Of a stretch of DNA of 51,471 nucleotides, positions 30,903 to 40,617 are shown piece after piece. The notes under the pieces are model-generated. The model did not search any database. It saw only the letters and a list, made by a program, of their open reading frames with translations, and was not told the DNA's origin. The position numbers and the translations under genes were made by a program. Numbering within the stretch: the first letter of the stretch is position 1; each line of letters opens with the position of its first letter. Origin of the DNA: an uncultured bacterium (GTDB lineage: Bacteria; UBP7; UBA6624); contig CAXGSM010000009.1 of NCBI GenBank assembly GCA_964012435.1, positions 1 through 51,471 of the forward strand, given 5' to 3'.

Positions 30903-32267
30903 TTAAACATCCCTCTCTTTCATAGGTTTTAATAAATCTTTCGCAAAGAACCAGGCTAAACCAAACATGAGAATTAATATAACGACTATTGCAGCAATAG
31001 AAGTGTAAGCACTGTTTTCTAAGTGAACAGGCCATAATTGTGGTGTTAACCTGACCGTGTTTGCAAAAACAAAAATTCCTGTAAGCAAAAAATTAGCCAT
31101 TGCAATGGGTATCAACCTCTTCCAACACAGCATCATTAATTGATCCACTCTCAAACGCGGCAAAGTTCCACGCAACCAAACAATGGTAAAAAATATCAAA
31201 AATACCTTTAGACAAAACCAAACAACTGAAGAAAGCGTTTCACCTAAGAATGGTAGTTCGGGTCCAGCATAACCGCCCAGATACATAGCTGTAATAATGC
31301 TTGCTCCAATAAAAATATTTACATATTCAGCCAAAAAGAAAAAAGCCCATCTTAAGCCAGTATATTCAGTATGGAAACCGCTGACTAATTCTGATTCTGC
31401 CTCAGCTAAATCAAAAGGTGTTCTGTTTGTTTCTGCCACAGCACTTAAAAAGAATATTAAGAATCCTAAAAACTGAGGAACTATAAACCAAATAGGAAAA
31501 CCTAAACCACCATAAGCAGTAGCTCCTTCTATCTGAGCGTTAATAATCTCTCCAATCTTCAAGCTGCCAGAAAGCAAAACTATCGACATTATGCAAAAGG
31601 CCATAGGTATTTCATAACTAACAAGCTGAGCTACAGCTCGGAAACCAGCAATTGCTGAATACTTATTATTCGAACCCCAGGCAGCCAAAAATATACCCAA
31701 CTCTCCAAAGGCACCCAAAGCGAAAAAATACAAAATTCCAACATTTAAGTCAACAGGCATCAACCCTTTGCCAAAAGGTATAAGGACAGCTCCCATTAAT
31801 GCAGGTATAAAACATATAACTGGCGCTAAATAATGAAAATTACGATCAGCCCCCAGTGGCACAATACATTCTTTTTGTAACAACTTAAGACCGTCTGCTA
31901 TTGGCTGAAGTATACCTCTTGGACCTACTCTGGTTGGACCTAATCTATCCTGCATAAAAGCTAATATCTTTCTTTCCATTAAAGTTGAATATGCCCCTAT
32001 TAAAAGCAATACGAGCAAGATTCCCAAAAGCTTAAGAGTGATAATAAGGGTGTTATACAAACCCATTGGAGGCTCTCCAGGTCCACCAAATTTATCTCTT
32101 AAAGTTAAAAATAAATTTCGCAATGAATCAAAATAAGGTTCAAGGCTCCAATAACCAGTTAAAGCCCAAATTTTCCAGGTAGCAAAAAGCACAAATGCAA
32201 GAATGCCCAAAATCAAAGATATCTTTCCTACAGGGACCCTTCTAACGCGCCATTCCAGAAGCTTCAT
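30903..32267 (-). CDS. nuoH: NADH-quinone oxidoreductase subunit H (N- and C-terminal extensions)
   Basis: ERK..A.MQDRLGP.RVGP.G.LQPIADGLKL, AETNRTPFDL.EAESELVSG, R.TLPRLRVDQ. Confidence 0.97.
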   Translation of the reverse strand: MKLLEWRVRRVPVGKISLILGILAFVLFATWKIWALTGYWSLEPYFDSLRNLFLTLRDKFGGPGEPPMGLYNTLIITLKLLGILLVLLLIGAYSTLMERKILAFMQDRLGPTRVGPRGILQPIADGLKLLQKECIVPLGADRNFHYLAPVICFIPALMGAVLIPFGKGLMPVDLNVGILYFFALGAFGELGIFLAAWGSNNKYSAIAGFRAVAQLVSYEIPMAFCIMSIVLLSGSLKIGEIINAQIEGATAYGGLGFPIWFIVPQFLGFLIFFLSAVAETNRTPFDLAEAESELVSGFHTEYTGLRWAFFFLAEYVNIFIGASIITAMYLGGYAGPELPFLGETLSSVVWFCLKVFLIFFTIVWLRGTLPRLRVDQLMMLCWKRLIPIAMANFLLTGIFVFANTVRLTPQLWPVHLENSAYTSIAAIVVILILMFGLAWFFAKDLLKPMKERDV

Positions 32268-33412
32268 CTATCTACCTCTCCAAAAACAGGATCGAAAGAT
32301 CCAAGGATAGCAATAACATCACCAATTCCTGTACCGTACAAAAGCTCAGAAAGAACAGAGAGATTGCAAAAAGAAGGTGCTCTGTATCTAACCCTGTAAG
32401 GAAATCTACTACCATCTGAGACTATATAAACACCCAAATCACCTCTAGGTGTATCTGTAACAGAATATATCTCTCCTGGAGGGGGTTTGAAGAAAAATGG
32501 CATCTTTTTAATATGTGGGCCATCAGGCATGCCGTCTAAACATTGTTCAATAATTTTCAAAGATTCACCCATTTCTTTGTATCTGCAATACCATCTTGAA
32601 TACGTGTCTCCTTTATCATGAGTAATGACGTCAAAATCAAATTCATCATAAGCAGCAAAAGGTCTATCTTTTCTTAGATCTCTTTTTACACCTGAAGCTC
32701 TTAATATTGGCCCTGTAACCCCATGCTTAATCAATAATTCAGGAGTGGATTCACCAACACCAATAATCCTCGTACGAAAAATCTCATTCCCTTCTACAAG
32801 ATTCCACATTTCTTCATAAGCGGGCCTAAAGCCTGTGATAAATTTTCTAAACTCTCTTTCTATAGGGGTTGTTATATCTAAACGAACGCCGCCATACCTT
32901 ATGTAATTAAAAGTAATTCTTTGACCGGAAAGAAGCTCTAGTAAATATTGTGCTATTTCTCTTTGCCTGAAAGCGAAAAAGAAAGGAGTTAAAGCTCCAA
33001 GGTCCAAACCTAATGTTCCATAAAACAATAAATGGCTAGCTAGTCGGTTTGTCTCTAATGCCAAAACCCTAAGCCATTGCGCCCTTCTTGGAACCTCTAG
33101 CTCCATCAATTCCTCAACAGGCAAGGTTAAAGCCATATTGTTTGACATTGCACCAAGATAATCCATCCTGTCTGTAAGCGGTAAAGCACCCATCCAATCC
33201 CTGTTTTCTGATATTTTTTCAACACCTCTGTGAAGATACCCAATTATCGGAACAACATTTTTAACAATTTCACCTTCTGTTTCAAGCAAAATTCTAAAAA
33301 CACCATGTGTTGAAGGGTGTTGTGGACCCATATTGAGCCAAAATCTATCTTCAGATTCTTTCTCAAGCAAAGTTCCTGTTTGAGTGGTTAGAAAATCTTT
33401 TGGATCACTCAT
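32264..33412 (-). CDS. nuoD: NADH-quinone oxidoreductase subunit D
   Basis: NMGPQHPSTHGV, GYLHRG.EK, DRMDY, C-terminal GEVDR; no NiFe CxxC motifs. Confidence 0.97.
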   Translation of the reverse strand: MSDPKDFLTTQTGTLLEKESEDRFWLNMGPQHPSTHGVFRILLETEGEIVKNVVPIIGYLHRGVEKISENRDWMGALPLTDRMDYLGAMSNNMALTLPVEELMELEVPRRAQWLRVLALETNRLASHLLFYGTLGLDLGALTPFFFAFRQREIAQYLLELLSGQRITFNYIRYGGVRLDITTPIEREFRKFITGFRPAYEEMWNLVEGNEIFRTRIIGVGESTPELLIKHGVTGPILRASGVKRDLRKDRPFAAYDEFDFDVITHDKGDTYSRWYCRYKEMGESLKIIEQCLDGMPDGPHIKKMPFFFKPPPGEIYSVTDTPRGDLGVYIVSDGSRFPYRVRYRAPSFCNLSVLSELLYGTGIGDVIAILGSFDPVFGEVDR

Positions 33413-33981
33413 TAACTTTCTATCACCTTTAATTTATCATCTGAATCTGGATTAATAATTGAAGAATCCAAAATCTCTCTATCCGGAAGATTCTGCAAGT
33501 CTTCTGCTTCCTCGTAAGCCCAAATTGGCTTTATATCTTTAAAACCACCTAATGGATATTCTTTCTTAAGAGGGTGCCCTTCCCAATCGTCAGGTAGTAA
33601 TATCCTTCTTAAATCAGGATGATCATTGAACTTTATTCCAAACATATCAAAAGCTTCTCTCTCATGCCAATCAGCAGCAATAAAAACAGAAGTAGCAGAA
33701 GGAGCAACCAAAGATTCAAAGGGTATCAATGATTTTAATGTTACCCAATAAGAATTATCAACACTATGAAGCTGATACACAACTTCTAAACCTTTTGCTT
33801 TTTGGTTACAAGTCAAATCATGCAGCATATTAAACTTTAAATCCTTATCATTTTTAAGAAAAGACAAACATTCCAAAATTTTTGATCTGTCTAGAATAAA
33901 TATAAGCTGACCTCTTATCTCAGCATAATCATTAAAAAAAGGTTTTAGCTTTTTGAGAAAAAGTTTTTTATCATGCAACAC
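33412..33981 (-). CDS. nuoC: NADH-quinone oxidoreductase subunit C
   Basis: [24 protein letters not shown]...WEGHPL.K.YP; GTG or TTG start. Confidence 0.95.
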   Translation of the reverse strand: MLHDKKLFLKKLKPFFNDYAEIRGQLIFILDRSKILECLSFLKNDKDLKFNMLHDLTCNQKAKGLEVVYQLHSVDNSYWVTLKSLIPFESLVAPSATSVFIAADWHEREAFDMFGIKFNDHPDLRRILLPDDWEGHPLKKEYPLGGFKDIKPIWAYEEAEDLQNLPDREILDSSIINPDSDDKLKVIES

Positions 33982-34441
33982 GGTCAGAAATTATTTTCTC
34001 CTTTTCAATTTTTTCTTGCAATTTTGTGATAGCGTAAATTAAGGCTTCTGGCCTAGGAGGACATCCAGGAACATAAACGTCAACAGGAACAACCTGGTCA
34101 ACACCATTTACAACAGAATAAGCATCTTTATAAATGCCTCCAGAATTAGCACAAGAACCCATTGATATAACATATTTTGGCTCTGGCATCTGGTCGTAAA
34201 GCCTCTTCAGCAATGGAGCCATTTTGTAAGTTACAGTACCAGAAACAATCATCACATCGGATTGTCTAGGACTTGCTCTAAATACAACACCGAGTCTATC
34301 GACATCGTATTTAGTATCTCCGATTGACATCATTTCTATAGCGCAACAAGCCAAACCGAAGGTCATAGGCCATAAACTATTTTTCCTGCACCAACCAAGT
34401 AAATCGTCTAATTTTGCTAACATGTAAGGTTCCTGACTCAT
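33971..34441 (-). CDS. nuoB: NADH-quinone oxidoreductase subunit B
   Basis: [40 protein letters not shown]. Confidence 0.97.
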   Translation of the reverse strand: MSQEPYMLAKLDDLLGWCRKNSLWPMTFGLACCAIEMMSIGDTKYDVDRLGVVFRASPRQSDVMIVSGTVTYKMAPLLKRLYDQMPEPKYVISMGSCANSGGIYKDAYSVVNGVDQVVPVDVYVPGCPPRPEALIYAITKLQEKIEKEKIISDRVA

Positions 34442-34453
34442 AAATTCAAACTC

Positions 34454-34846
34454 CTAATTCCTGTCCCACTCCAAACCACCCTTTCTCCAAACATAGACGA
34501 AAGCTAATATTAAGATGAAGAAAAAAGTAATCATCTCAAAAAATGCTGGCCATCCAGTGGTGAAAAGAAGATTTCTAAAACTTACAGCCCATGGCAGGAA
34601 AAAAACTAATTCAATTTCAAACAAAAGAAAAATAACAGCAATGACAGCAAAACGAAAATTAAAAGGTATATCAGCATCTGAATGAGGGTCATTGCCACAT
34701 TCGTACGTACTCAATTTTGAAGGGGATGGAAACCTTCCACCAGTAAGCTGATTCATAAAAAGAGAAATTACACCAAAACCAATAGCTCCAAAGAAAAACA
34801 ATAAAACTGTTGAAAACTGAGTGGTTGCTTGAAAATCATCAACCAT
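34454..34846 (-). CDS. nuoA: NADH-quinone oxidoreductase subunit A
   Basis: K.STYECG, FLLFEIE.VF..PWA, YVWRKGGLEW. Confidence 0.96.
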   Translation of the reverse strand: MVDDFQATTQFSTVLLFFFGAIGFGVISLFMNQLTGGRFPSPSKLSTYECGNDPHSDADIPFNFRFAVIAVIFLLFEIELVFFLPWAVSFRNLLFTTGWPAFFEMITFFFILILAFVYVWRKGGLEWDRN

Positions 34847-34893
34847 GACTTTAATATAGGATGCAATTCTGCATAATGGGCATTTGGTAAATT

Positions 34894-36726
34894 CTAATCA
34901 TTTTTTTTAATTCTTTCAACACTTAAACCTTTCATTAGCTTTTCAAAATCCTCTCTATCTATTGATTCTTTTTCTAATAATATATTGGCTAAACCGTCTA
35001 AGGCATCCTTGTGTTCCTGGAGTAAATCTTCAGCATGGTTTTGTGAATCTGTAACAAGGGATAAAACCTGTCGATCTATCTCTTCCTCCATGGCGTCAGA
35101 ATGATTTGTCTGCATTGACAATCCTCTGCCTAAAAATGGCTCTTGATCATACTCGTAATCTACTGGCCCTATCTTGTCACTCATTCCCCAATTTCTAACC
35201 ATGGACCTTGCAATACTTGTAACTCTTTTTATATCTGAACTTGCGCCATTTGTAATTTCGTTAAATGTAATCTTCTCAGCTGCACGTCCAGCAAGGCAGA
35301 TTGCCATCTCATTCATAAGTTCTTTCTTGGTTTTAAGAGCTTTATCTTTTTCGTCTTCTGAATCAGTATTCCACACATAACCAAGAGCCTCAGCTCTTGG
35401 AATTATGGTAATTTTATGTACTGTTGAACCAAGAATGTAAGAAACAATAGCGTGGCCTGATTCATGCCAGGCAACAGTTTCTTTTTCTTTTTGGGAAATC
35501 ATTAAAGATCTTCTTTGCGGACCCATTGCAACTCTTTCAACAGCCTCGGCAAGATGCTCTTGTTTGATTTTTTTTGCCTTTGCTCTAGCAGCAAGCAATG
35601 CAGATTCATTAAGCAAATTTTCTAAATCAGCACCTGAAAAGCCAGGTGTTCTTTGTGCTATATGTTTTAAACTTATCCCTTTTTCAAAAGGTTTTCCAGA
35701 AGAGTGAACTTTCAATATATCCTCTCTGGAACCTACCGTAGGCAGGTTTACCTTTATCTTCCTGTCAAACCTGCCTGACCTTATCAAGGCTGGGTCAAGT
35801 ATGTCAGGCCTATTTGTAGCTGCAATAACAACAACATTATTATGAGACTCAAAACCATCCATTTCTATCAAAATCTGATTCAAAGTTTGCTCTCTTTCGT
35901 CATGTCCACCACCCATCCCAGCTCCACGCTGCCTTCCAACAGCATCTATTTCATCTAAAAATATAAGTGCACTTCCCGCTGCTTTTGCTTTTTCAAACAA
36001 ACTCCTCACTCTCGAAGCACCTACACCAACAAACAGCTCTACAAACTCACTTCCACTGGAGAGGAAAAAAGGAACTTTTGCCTCTCCCGCAACAGCTTTT
36101 GCGAGCAATGTTTTACCGCAACCCGGTGGACCTGTTAGCAAAACTCCTTTGGTTGGTTTTGCTCCCAGTTTCTTAAATGGTGCTGGATTTTTCAAAAAAG
36201 AAACGATCTCTTTCAGTTCGTTTTTTGGTTCATCAAGCCCAGCTACATCCTTAAACTTTGTTTTTGTTTTTTCACCTTTGATTGATTTTGCTTTTGATTG
36301 TCCAAAAGATGTCGGATCCCCGCCTCCGCCCATCTTTCTCAAAAGAAGTACAAAAATTAAAACAGTAATACCTATAGAAAGTGCAAACCACACAAAAGGG
36401 TTAATATTTTCTCCCCAACCTGGGGGTTTGACTCTAACATTTGAGACTTTTTCATTTATTTTCTCAAGCAAAGAGTCACTGAGTATGATTCTAGAAATGT
36501 AATTCTCATCCTCTTCAAAAACTTTATAACTAACAGAATTTGAGCCAGTATCAATCTGGACTTCTTCAATAGCTCCACTCTCTAAAGAAAAAACAAACTC
36601 ACTCTGAGTTGTTTCTGTTGATTGGTCTGCAAGGCTGAAAAACAAAAGAGTGGTTAGAAATAAAAAAAACAATATGAATAAAGACCTAGGAGAAGGTTGA
36701 TGATTGTTACGTTTATTTTTTTTCAT
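34894..36726 (-). CDS. ftsH: ATP-dependent zinc metalloprotease FtsH
   Basis: Two TM segments, GPPGCGKT, FLDEIDAVG, AATNRPDILD.AL.R.GRFDR, HESGH. Confidence 0.98.
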   Translation of the reverse strand: MKKNKRNNHQPSPRSLFILFFLFLTTLLFFSLADQSTETTQSEFVFSLESGAIEEVQIDTGSNSVSYKVFEEDENYISRIILSDSLLEKINEKVSNVRVKPPGWGENINPFVWFALSIGITVLIFVLLLRKMGGGGDPTSFGQSKAKSIKGEKTKTKFKDVAGLDEPKNELKEIVSFLKNPAPFKKLGAKPTKGVLLTGPPGCGKTLLAKAVAGEAKVPFFLSSGSEFVELFVGVGASRVRSLFEKAKAAGSALIFLDEIDAVGRQRGAGMGGGHDEREQTLNQILIEMDGFESHNNVVVIAATNRPDILDPALIRSGRFDRKIKVNLPTVGSREDILKVHSSGKPFEKGISLKHIAQRTPGFSGADLENLLNESALLAARAKAKKIKQEHLAEAVERVAMGPQRRSLMISQKEKETVAWHESGHAIVSYILGSTVHKITIIPRAEALGYVWNTDSEDEKDKALKTKKELMNEMAICLAGRAAEKITFNEITNGASSDIKRVTSIARSMVRNWGMSDKIGPVDYEYDQEPFLGRGLSMQTNHSDAMEEEIDRQVLSLVTDSQNHAEDLLQEHKDALDGLANILLEKESIDREDFEKLMKGLSVERIKKND

Positions 36727-36751
36727 ATATCAATTTAAAAATATATTCTAA

Positions 36752-37693
36752 TCAATCACCTATATAAAGAATATTATTTTTGGCTATTTGAACTTTAAAC
36801 CATGGCGGGCCCTCTATTGTTATATTATCTTTAGACTGACCTTCCTTTATTACTCTTTCAAGAGCGCCACGAGGAGGATTAACCCCGATTGAGTATAGCC
36901 AATTTTTTATAATTCTTAATGCAACTGCGGGCGGTAATTTCAACACTTCACGATTAAGGCCTTGATCGTTTAAATAGATGCGGAGCAAATCATTTGAAAC
37001 CATATTTAAAGATTGATTTTCTTCCGATAAAATTTCTAAACTTTTCAATGGCCCTTTAGGCCAATACCTTCCCCAGCTTTTCTTAAGTTCTGGAATTACA
37101 CTTTTTCTTAAAGACGCTCTGATTAGATTGTTTTGATTGGACGGATCTTCATAACAATCAATATTATTTTCTGAAAGGTATTTTAAAATTTCAGATTTTC
37201 TAAGCCTTAACAAGGGTCTAATCAGAAAGTCCCTTCTTGCGGGAATTCCTTTTAGCCCCTCCAAGCCCATGCCTCTGCCTAACCTTATCAGCAAGGTTTC
37301 CAAATTATCATCTAAATTATGTCCGGTAGCAACTTTGTCAAATTCATTTTTTTCAACAATTGTCTGGATTGCATCATACCTATCTCTTCTCCATGTATCT
37401 TCTGGCCCATTGCCTTTTGAATTTTTTCCAGAAAGACGAACATGCAAATTTACATTATGCCTAGAGGCAAACACCTCAACATGAGACTGTTCATTTTCTG
37501 AATCAGGCCTTGAACGATGGTTGAAATAAAAAGCTTCAACATGGAAACTCATACGAATTGAAAGTTTTTTTAAAGCCAAAAGCAATGCGGTTGAATCAGG
37601 CCCACCTGACCAGGCAACCAATACCTTATCGTCAGGGCTTATTAATTTTTTCTCATCAATAAATGAACTAATTTTTTCTAAAAAATGACTCAT
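36752..37693 (-). CDS. tilS: tRNA(Ile)-lysidine synthetase (short form)
   Basis: SGGPDS, NH..R, R..RY, TGHNLDDNLET, IRPLL, EDPSN. Confidence 0.93.
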   Translation of the reverse strand: MSHFLEKISSFIDEKKLISPDDKVLVAWSGGPDSTALLLALKKLSIRMSFHVEAFYFNHRSRPDSENEQSHVEVFASRHNVNLHVRLSGKNSKGNGPEDTWRRDRYDAIQTIVEKNEFDKVATGHNLDDNLETLLIRLGRGMGLEGLKGIPARRDFLIRPLLRLRKSEILKYLSENNIDCYEDPSNQNNLIRASLRKSVIPELKKSWGRYWPKGPLKSLEILSEENQSLNMVSNDLLRIYLNDQGLNREVLKLPPAVALRIIKNWLYSIGVNPPRGALERVIKEGQSKDNITIEGPPWFKVQIAKNNILYIGD

Positions 37694-37707
37694 ACATTTT
37701 AAGCAAA

Positions 37708-37781
37708 TAGCAGCGCTCGGATTTGAACCGAGGACCTTCCGGGTATGAGCCGGACGCTCTAACCAGCTGAGCTACGCTGCC
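37708..37781 (-). tRNA. tRNA-Met(CAT), elongator type, CCA not encoded
   Basis: GGCAGCGTAGCTCAGCTGGTTAGAGCGTCCGGCTCATACCCGGAAGGTCCTCGGTTCAAATCCGAGCGCTGCTA; acceptor stem looks like elongator Met rather than Ile2. Confidence 0.9.
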
Positions 37782-37786
37782 CGAAT

Positions 37787-37861
37787 TGGGTGCGGGGGCA
37801 GGATTCGAACCTGCGACCTTCGGGTTATGAGCCCGACAAGCTACCACTGCTCCACCCCGCG
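37787..37861 (-). tRNA. Initiator tRNA-fMet(CAT), CCA encoded
   Basis: CGCGGGGTGGAGCAGTGGTAGCTTGTCGGGCTCATAACCCGAAGGTCGCAGGTTCGAATCCTGCCCCCGCACCCA; C1xA72 mismatch, three GC pairs in the anticodon stem, A11-U24. Confidence 0.96.
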
Positions 37862-37918
37862 TCAGAATAGCCCAATTCTATCTCAATAAACATGTTTCCA
37901 CCTATAAAATTATTAAAA

Positions 37919-39421
37919 ATGAAAAAAAACATTGAACACAAATATGACTTTCTTAGGGTGATCTTAAGGAAGCACTTGGTCGAATTCACAAGCAAACCAC
38001 CGAAAGAATTTATTGATCTTTTTCCTGAAAACTCACTTGAATCTATAAAGCAACTTCTAGGTGATTTCATATTCGGTGTTTTTTCGTCTTTTGACAAAAG
38101 CCTAATATCAATGAGAGACAATCAAGTGACCGAATTAATTAAAAGAAATTTTGATTACTGGATTGAAAAAGATATAGATCCATCAAATATTGATAAAGCT
38201 TTCTGGAGATGTGTAAAAACATTCAAAAAGCTACTTTCTGAAAATGAAAAAAGCTTTTTTGATCAATATGTCAAAAAAGAAAAGCTTGAGATAATCTTTA
38301 ACGAAACATTAAAAAAATATCATTCTGTATTTAGAGAGCATTTTGAAAGACAGGTAGCTGAATTGTCACTTTTAAAAAATATTTCGGAAATAACCAATTC
38401 TCCTGAAGATCTGTCAGAAATCTTTTTGGACAAACTTTATGAAGCTTTAAATGCTGATTATGCAGTACTTTACTACAACAACAACAATAAAGAAATCAAA
38501 TTGGAAAAAAACCCAGATCATTTTTTGAAATTCTCAAAAAAAACTGCCGAAACGCTTATATCTCAATCAAATACACATGATCCAGAATTGCTTGAATCAT
38601 TATTAAAAATATTTCAAGAAAAAAAACATCGAAATAACCTAAGTCCATTTAACTGGTCTGAAATTACTAAAATTTCAAAAAGCAACTTTCCAGAAGGTCT
38701 TTTTCAATTTCCAAAAGAACCTAAAGCAATAGTCCAAGATATCAATCCAAAAAGCATGATCATGACACACCTTTTCGAAAGAGGAACACGTGTAGGGTTT
38801 CTTTGTCTAATGAGATCAACCTCTTCATCTTTTAACAATAGAGATAATACTTTTTTTGAAGTAGCATCAAAAGATTTTTCAAGAATACTTGAAAACAAAA
38901 ACCTTCAGGAAGAATTAAGACTTTTAGCTCAAACAGACAGTTTAACAAACCTGCTTAACAGAAGAAGATTTTTTGAACTTGGGAATATAGAGCTAGAGAG
39001 GTCTAAAAGATACAAAAATAAATTTAGCATAATGATGCTTGATGTTGACAATTTCAAACAAATTAATGACACGCATGGACATCAAATTGGTGATGAGGTT
39101 CTCAAAGAGCTTGCGTCATATATCCAAAAAAGATCCAGAGCAGGTGATTTAGCGGGCAGGTATGGCGGTGAAGAATTCATGGTCCTGCTTTTAGAGTCAG
39201 ATTCAAAGAACACACAAAAAGCAGCTGAAAAACTCTTAAAAGAAATTGAAGGCATAACCATTCAGGTAAATGATGAAAAGTCAATTAATTTCACAGCCTC
39301 GATCGGAATTGGAACATACCCCAAGGATGGAGAAACCCTGAATGAGATCATATCAATTGCAGATGAATGCCTCTATTCCGCAAAAACAGAAGGTAAAAAT
39401 TGCGTGAGGGTCAAAAGATGA
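37919..39421 (+). CDS. Diguanylate cyclase with helical N-terminal sensor, GAF-like region and GGDEF domain
   Basis: TDSLTNLLNRR, DVDNFKQINDTHGH..GD, I-site RAGD, RYGGEEF, TASIG. Start 37919 preferred over 37892 because TAAAAT lies 8 nt upstream. Confidence 0.93.
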   Translation: MKKNIEHKYDFLRVILRKHLVEFTSKPPKEFIDLFPENSLESIKQLLGDFIFGVFSSFDKSLISMRDNQVTELIKRNFDYWIEKDIDPSNIDKAFWRCVKTFKKLLSENEKSFFDQYVKKEKLEIIFNETLKKYHSVFREHFERQVAELSLLKNISEITNSPEDLSEIFLDKLYEALNADYAVLYYNNNNKEIKLEKNPDHFLKFSKKTAETLISQSNTHDPELLESLLKIFQEKKHRNNLSPFNWSEITKISKSNFPEGLFQFPKEPKAIVQDINPKSMIMTHLFERGTRVGFLCLMRSTSSSFNNRDNTFFEVASKDFSRILENKNLQEELRLLAQTDSLTNLLNRRRFFELGNIELERSKRYKNKFSIMMLDVDNFKQINDTHGHQIGDEVLKELASYIQKRSRAGDLAGRYGGEEFMVLLLESDSKNTQKAAEKLLKEIEGITIQVNDEKSINFTASIGIGTYPKDGETLNEIISIADECLYSAKTEGKNCVRVKR

Positions 39422-40617
39422 AAAGATTTGACATACTGTCACAATTAATCAAATGTCTGTCAAAAATATTAGATGAAATTGAGGGCCATACAAGCTCTCA
39501 TGCTCAAGGTGTTGCGAATTCCTCAATTAGCTTTGCTGATGAATTTGGTTTTACTTTAAAAACTCAACGAAGTCTTTATTATGCCGCATTGCTGCATGAC
39601 ATTGGAGAAACCACACTTCCACATTCAATACTTTATAAAAATGGCCCATTGCTACCTGTTGAAAGAAAAAAAATTGAAAGTCACTCTGTTGTGGGGTATA
39701 AAATCGTCAAAAACATACCCTCAATGACTGAGGTTGCCAATCTGATTAGGCATCATCATGAATCTTGGGATGGAACGGGATATCCTGACCAATTAATGAT
39801 GGGGGAATTCACAACGGCAAAACAAATTCTAGCAATTTGCGATCTGAATGATACTCTTAGCAGGGAAAGGCCTTACAGACCAAAGAGAACAAATGAAGAA
39901 ATAGAAAACATACTTAATGACTCCAAAGGAACAAGGTTTCAACCAAACATGGTTGAAAAATTTATTAAATTTAAAAAAAATACAAACATAAAAAAAAGCT
40001 CTTTAGAAAAAGTAAATGAAATCAAAGATTCTGGTCAAGAGCTATCTGACTTTGAGGCTCAAGCTTATCTCTTAGCAATATCTGTTGTTTTTTCAAATTT
40101 AATCGGCGAGAAAATACCATTCCTGGCAACCCACCCCAGCAAGGTTGCATTGCTTTCCGTAAAATTGGGTGAAACTATAGGCATGAATAAAAATGAGCTT
40201 TTTGAAATGAAAATTGCAGCATTCCTGGGCGATATTGGGATCCTTGCACAAGATGAACAAATTTACATGAAAAAAGATAACTTAAACCCTGAAGACATTG
40301 AAACAATTAAAAATCACACATTAATAGGAGAGAGAGCAACAAGTGAAATTACTAGCCTCCCTAATGTTTCTAGAATAATTAGAAATTACCATGAATCTTG
40401 GGATGGTTCAGGTTATCCAGATGGTATCAAAGGCAGCAAGATACCACTGGCAAGTAGAATATTAAGAATTGCTGACACATATGTTGCATTACAGCATGAT
40501 AGGCCTTACAGGAAAGGGAAGCAAAGAACGGAAATAACAGAGTCTATAAATACTTATTTAAAAAATATAGCTGACCCATCATTGGTCAATATACTAATGG
40601 AGATTATGAAAAACTAA
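39418..40617 (+). CDS. Tandem HD-GYP domain protein (second domain degenerate)
   Basis: Domain 1 LLHDIG...HHHESWDGTGYP...RPYR; domain 2 FLGDIG...NYHESWDGSGYP...RPYR; ATGA coupling at 39418. Confidence 0.92.
   Translation: MKRFDILSQLIKCLSKILDEIEGHTSSHAQGVANSSISFADEFGFTLKTQRSLYYAALLHDIGETTLPHSILYKNGPLLPVERKKIESHSVVGYKIVKNIPSMTEVANLIRHHHESWDGTGYPDQLMMGEFTTAKQILAICDLNDTLSRERPYRPKRTNEEIENILNDSKGTRFQPNMVEKFIKFKKNTNIKKSSLEKVNEIKDSGQELSDFEAQAYLLAISVVFSNLIGEKIPFLATHPSKVALLSVKLGETIGMNKNELFEMKIAAFLGDIGILAQDEQIYMKKDNLNPEDIETIKNHTLIGERATSEITSLPNVSRIIRNYHESWDGSGYPDGIKGSKIPLASRILRIADTYVALQHDRPYRKGKQRTEITESINTYLKNIADPSLVNILMEIMKN

Noticed and set aside
34861..34874. ATGCA-ATTC-TGCAT inverted repeat upstream of nuoA
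   Set aside because: Only a 5-bp arm; expected by chance.
37825..38121. 98-aa minus-strand ORF
   Set aside because: It overlaps tRNA-fMet and is antisense to the GGDEF gene.
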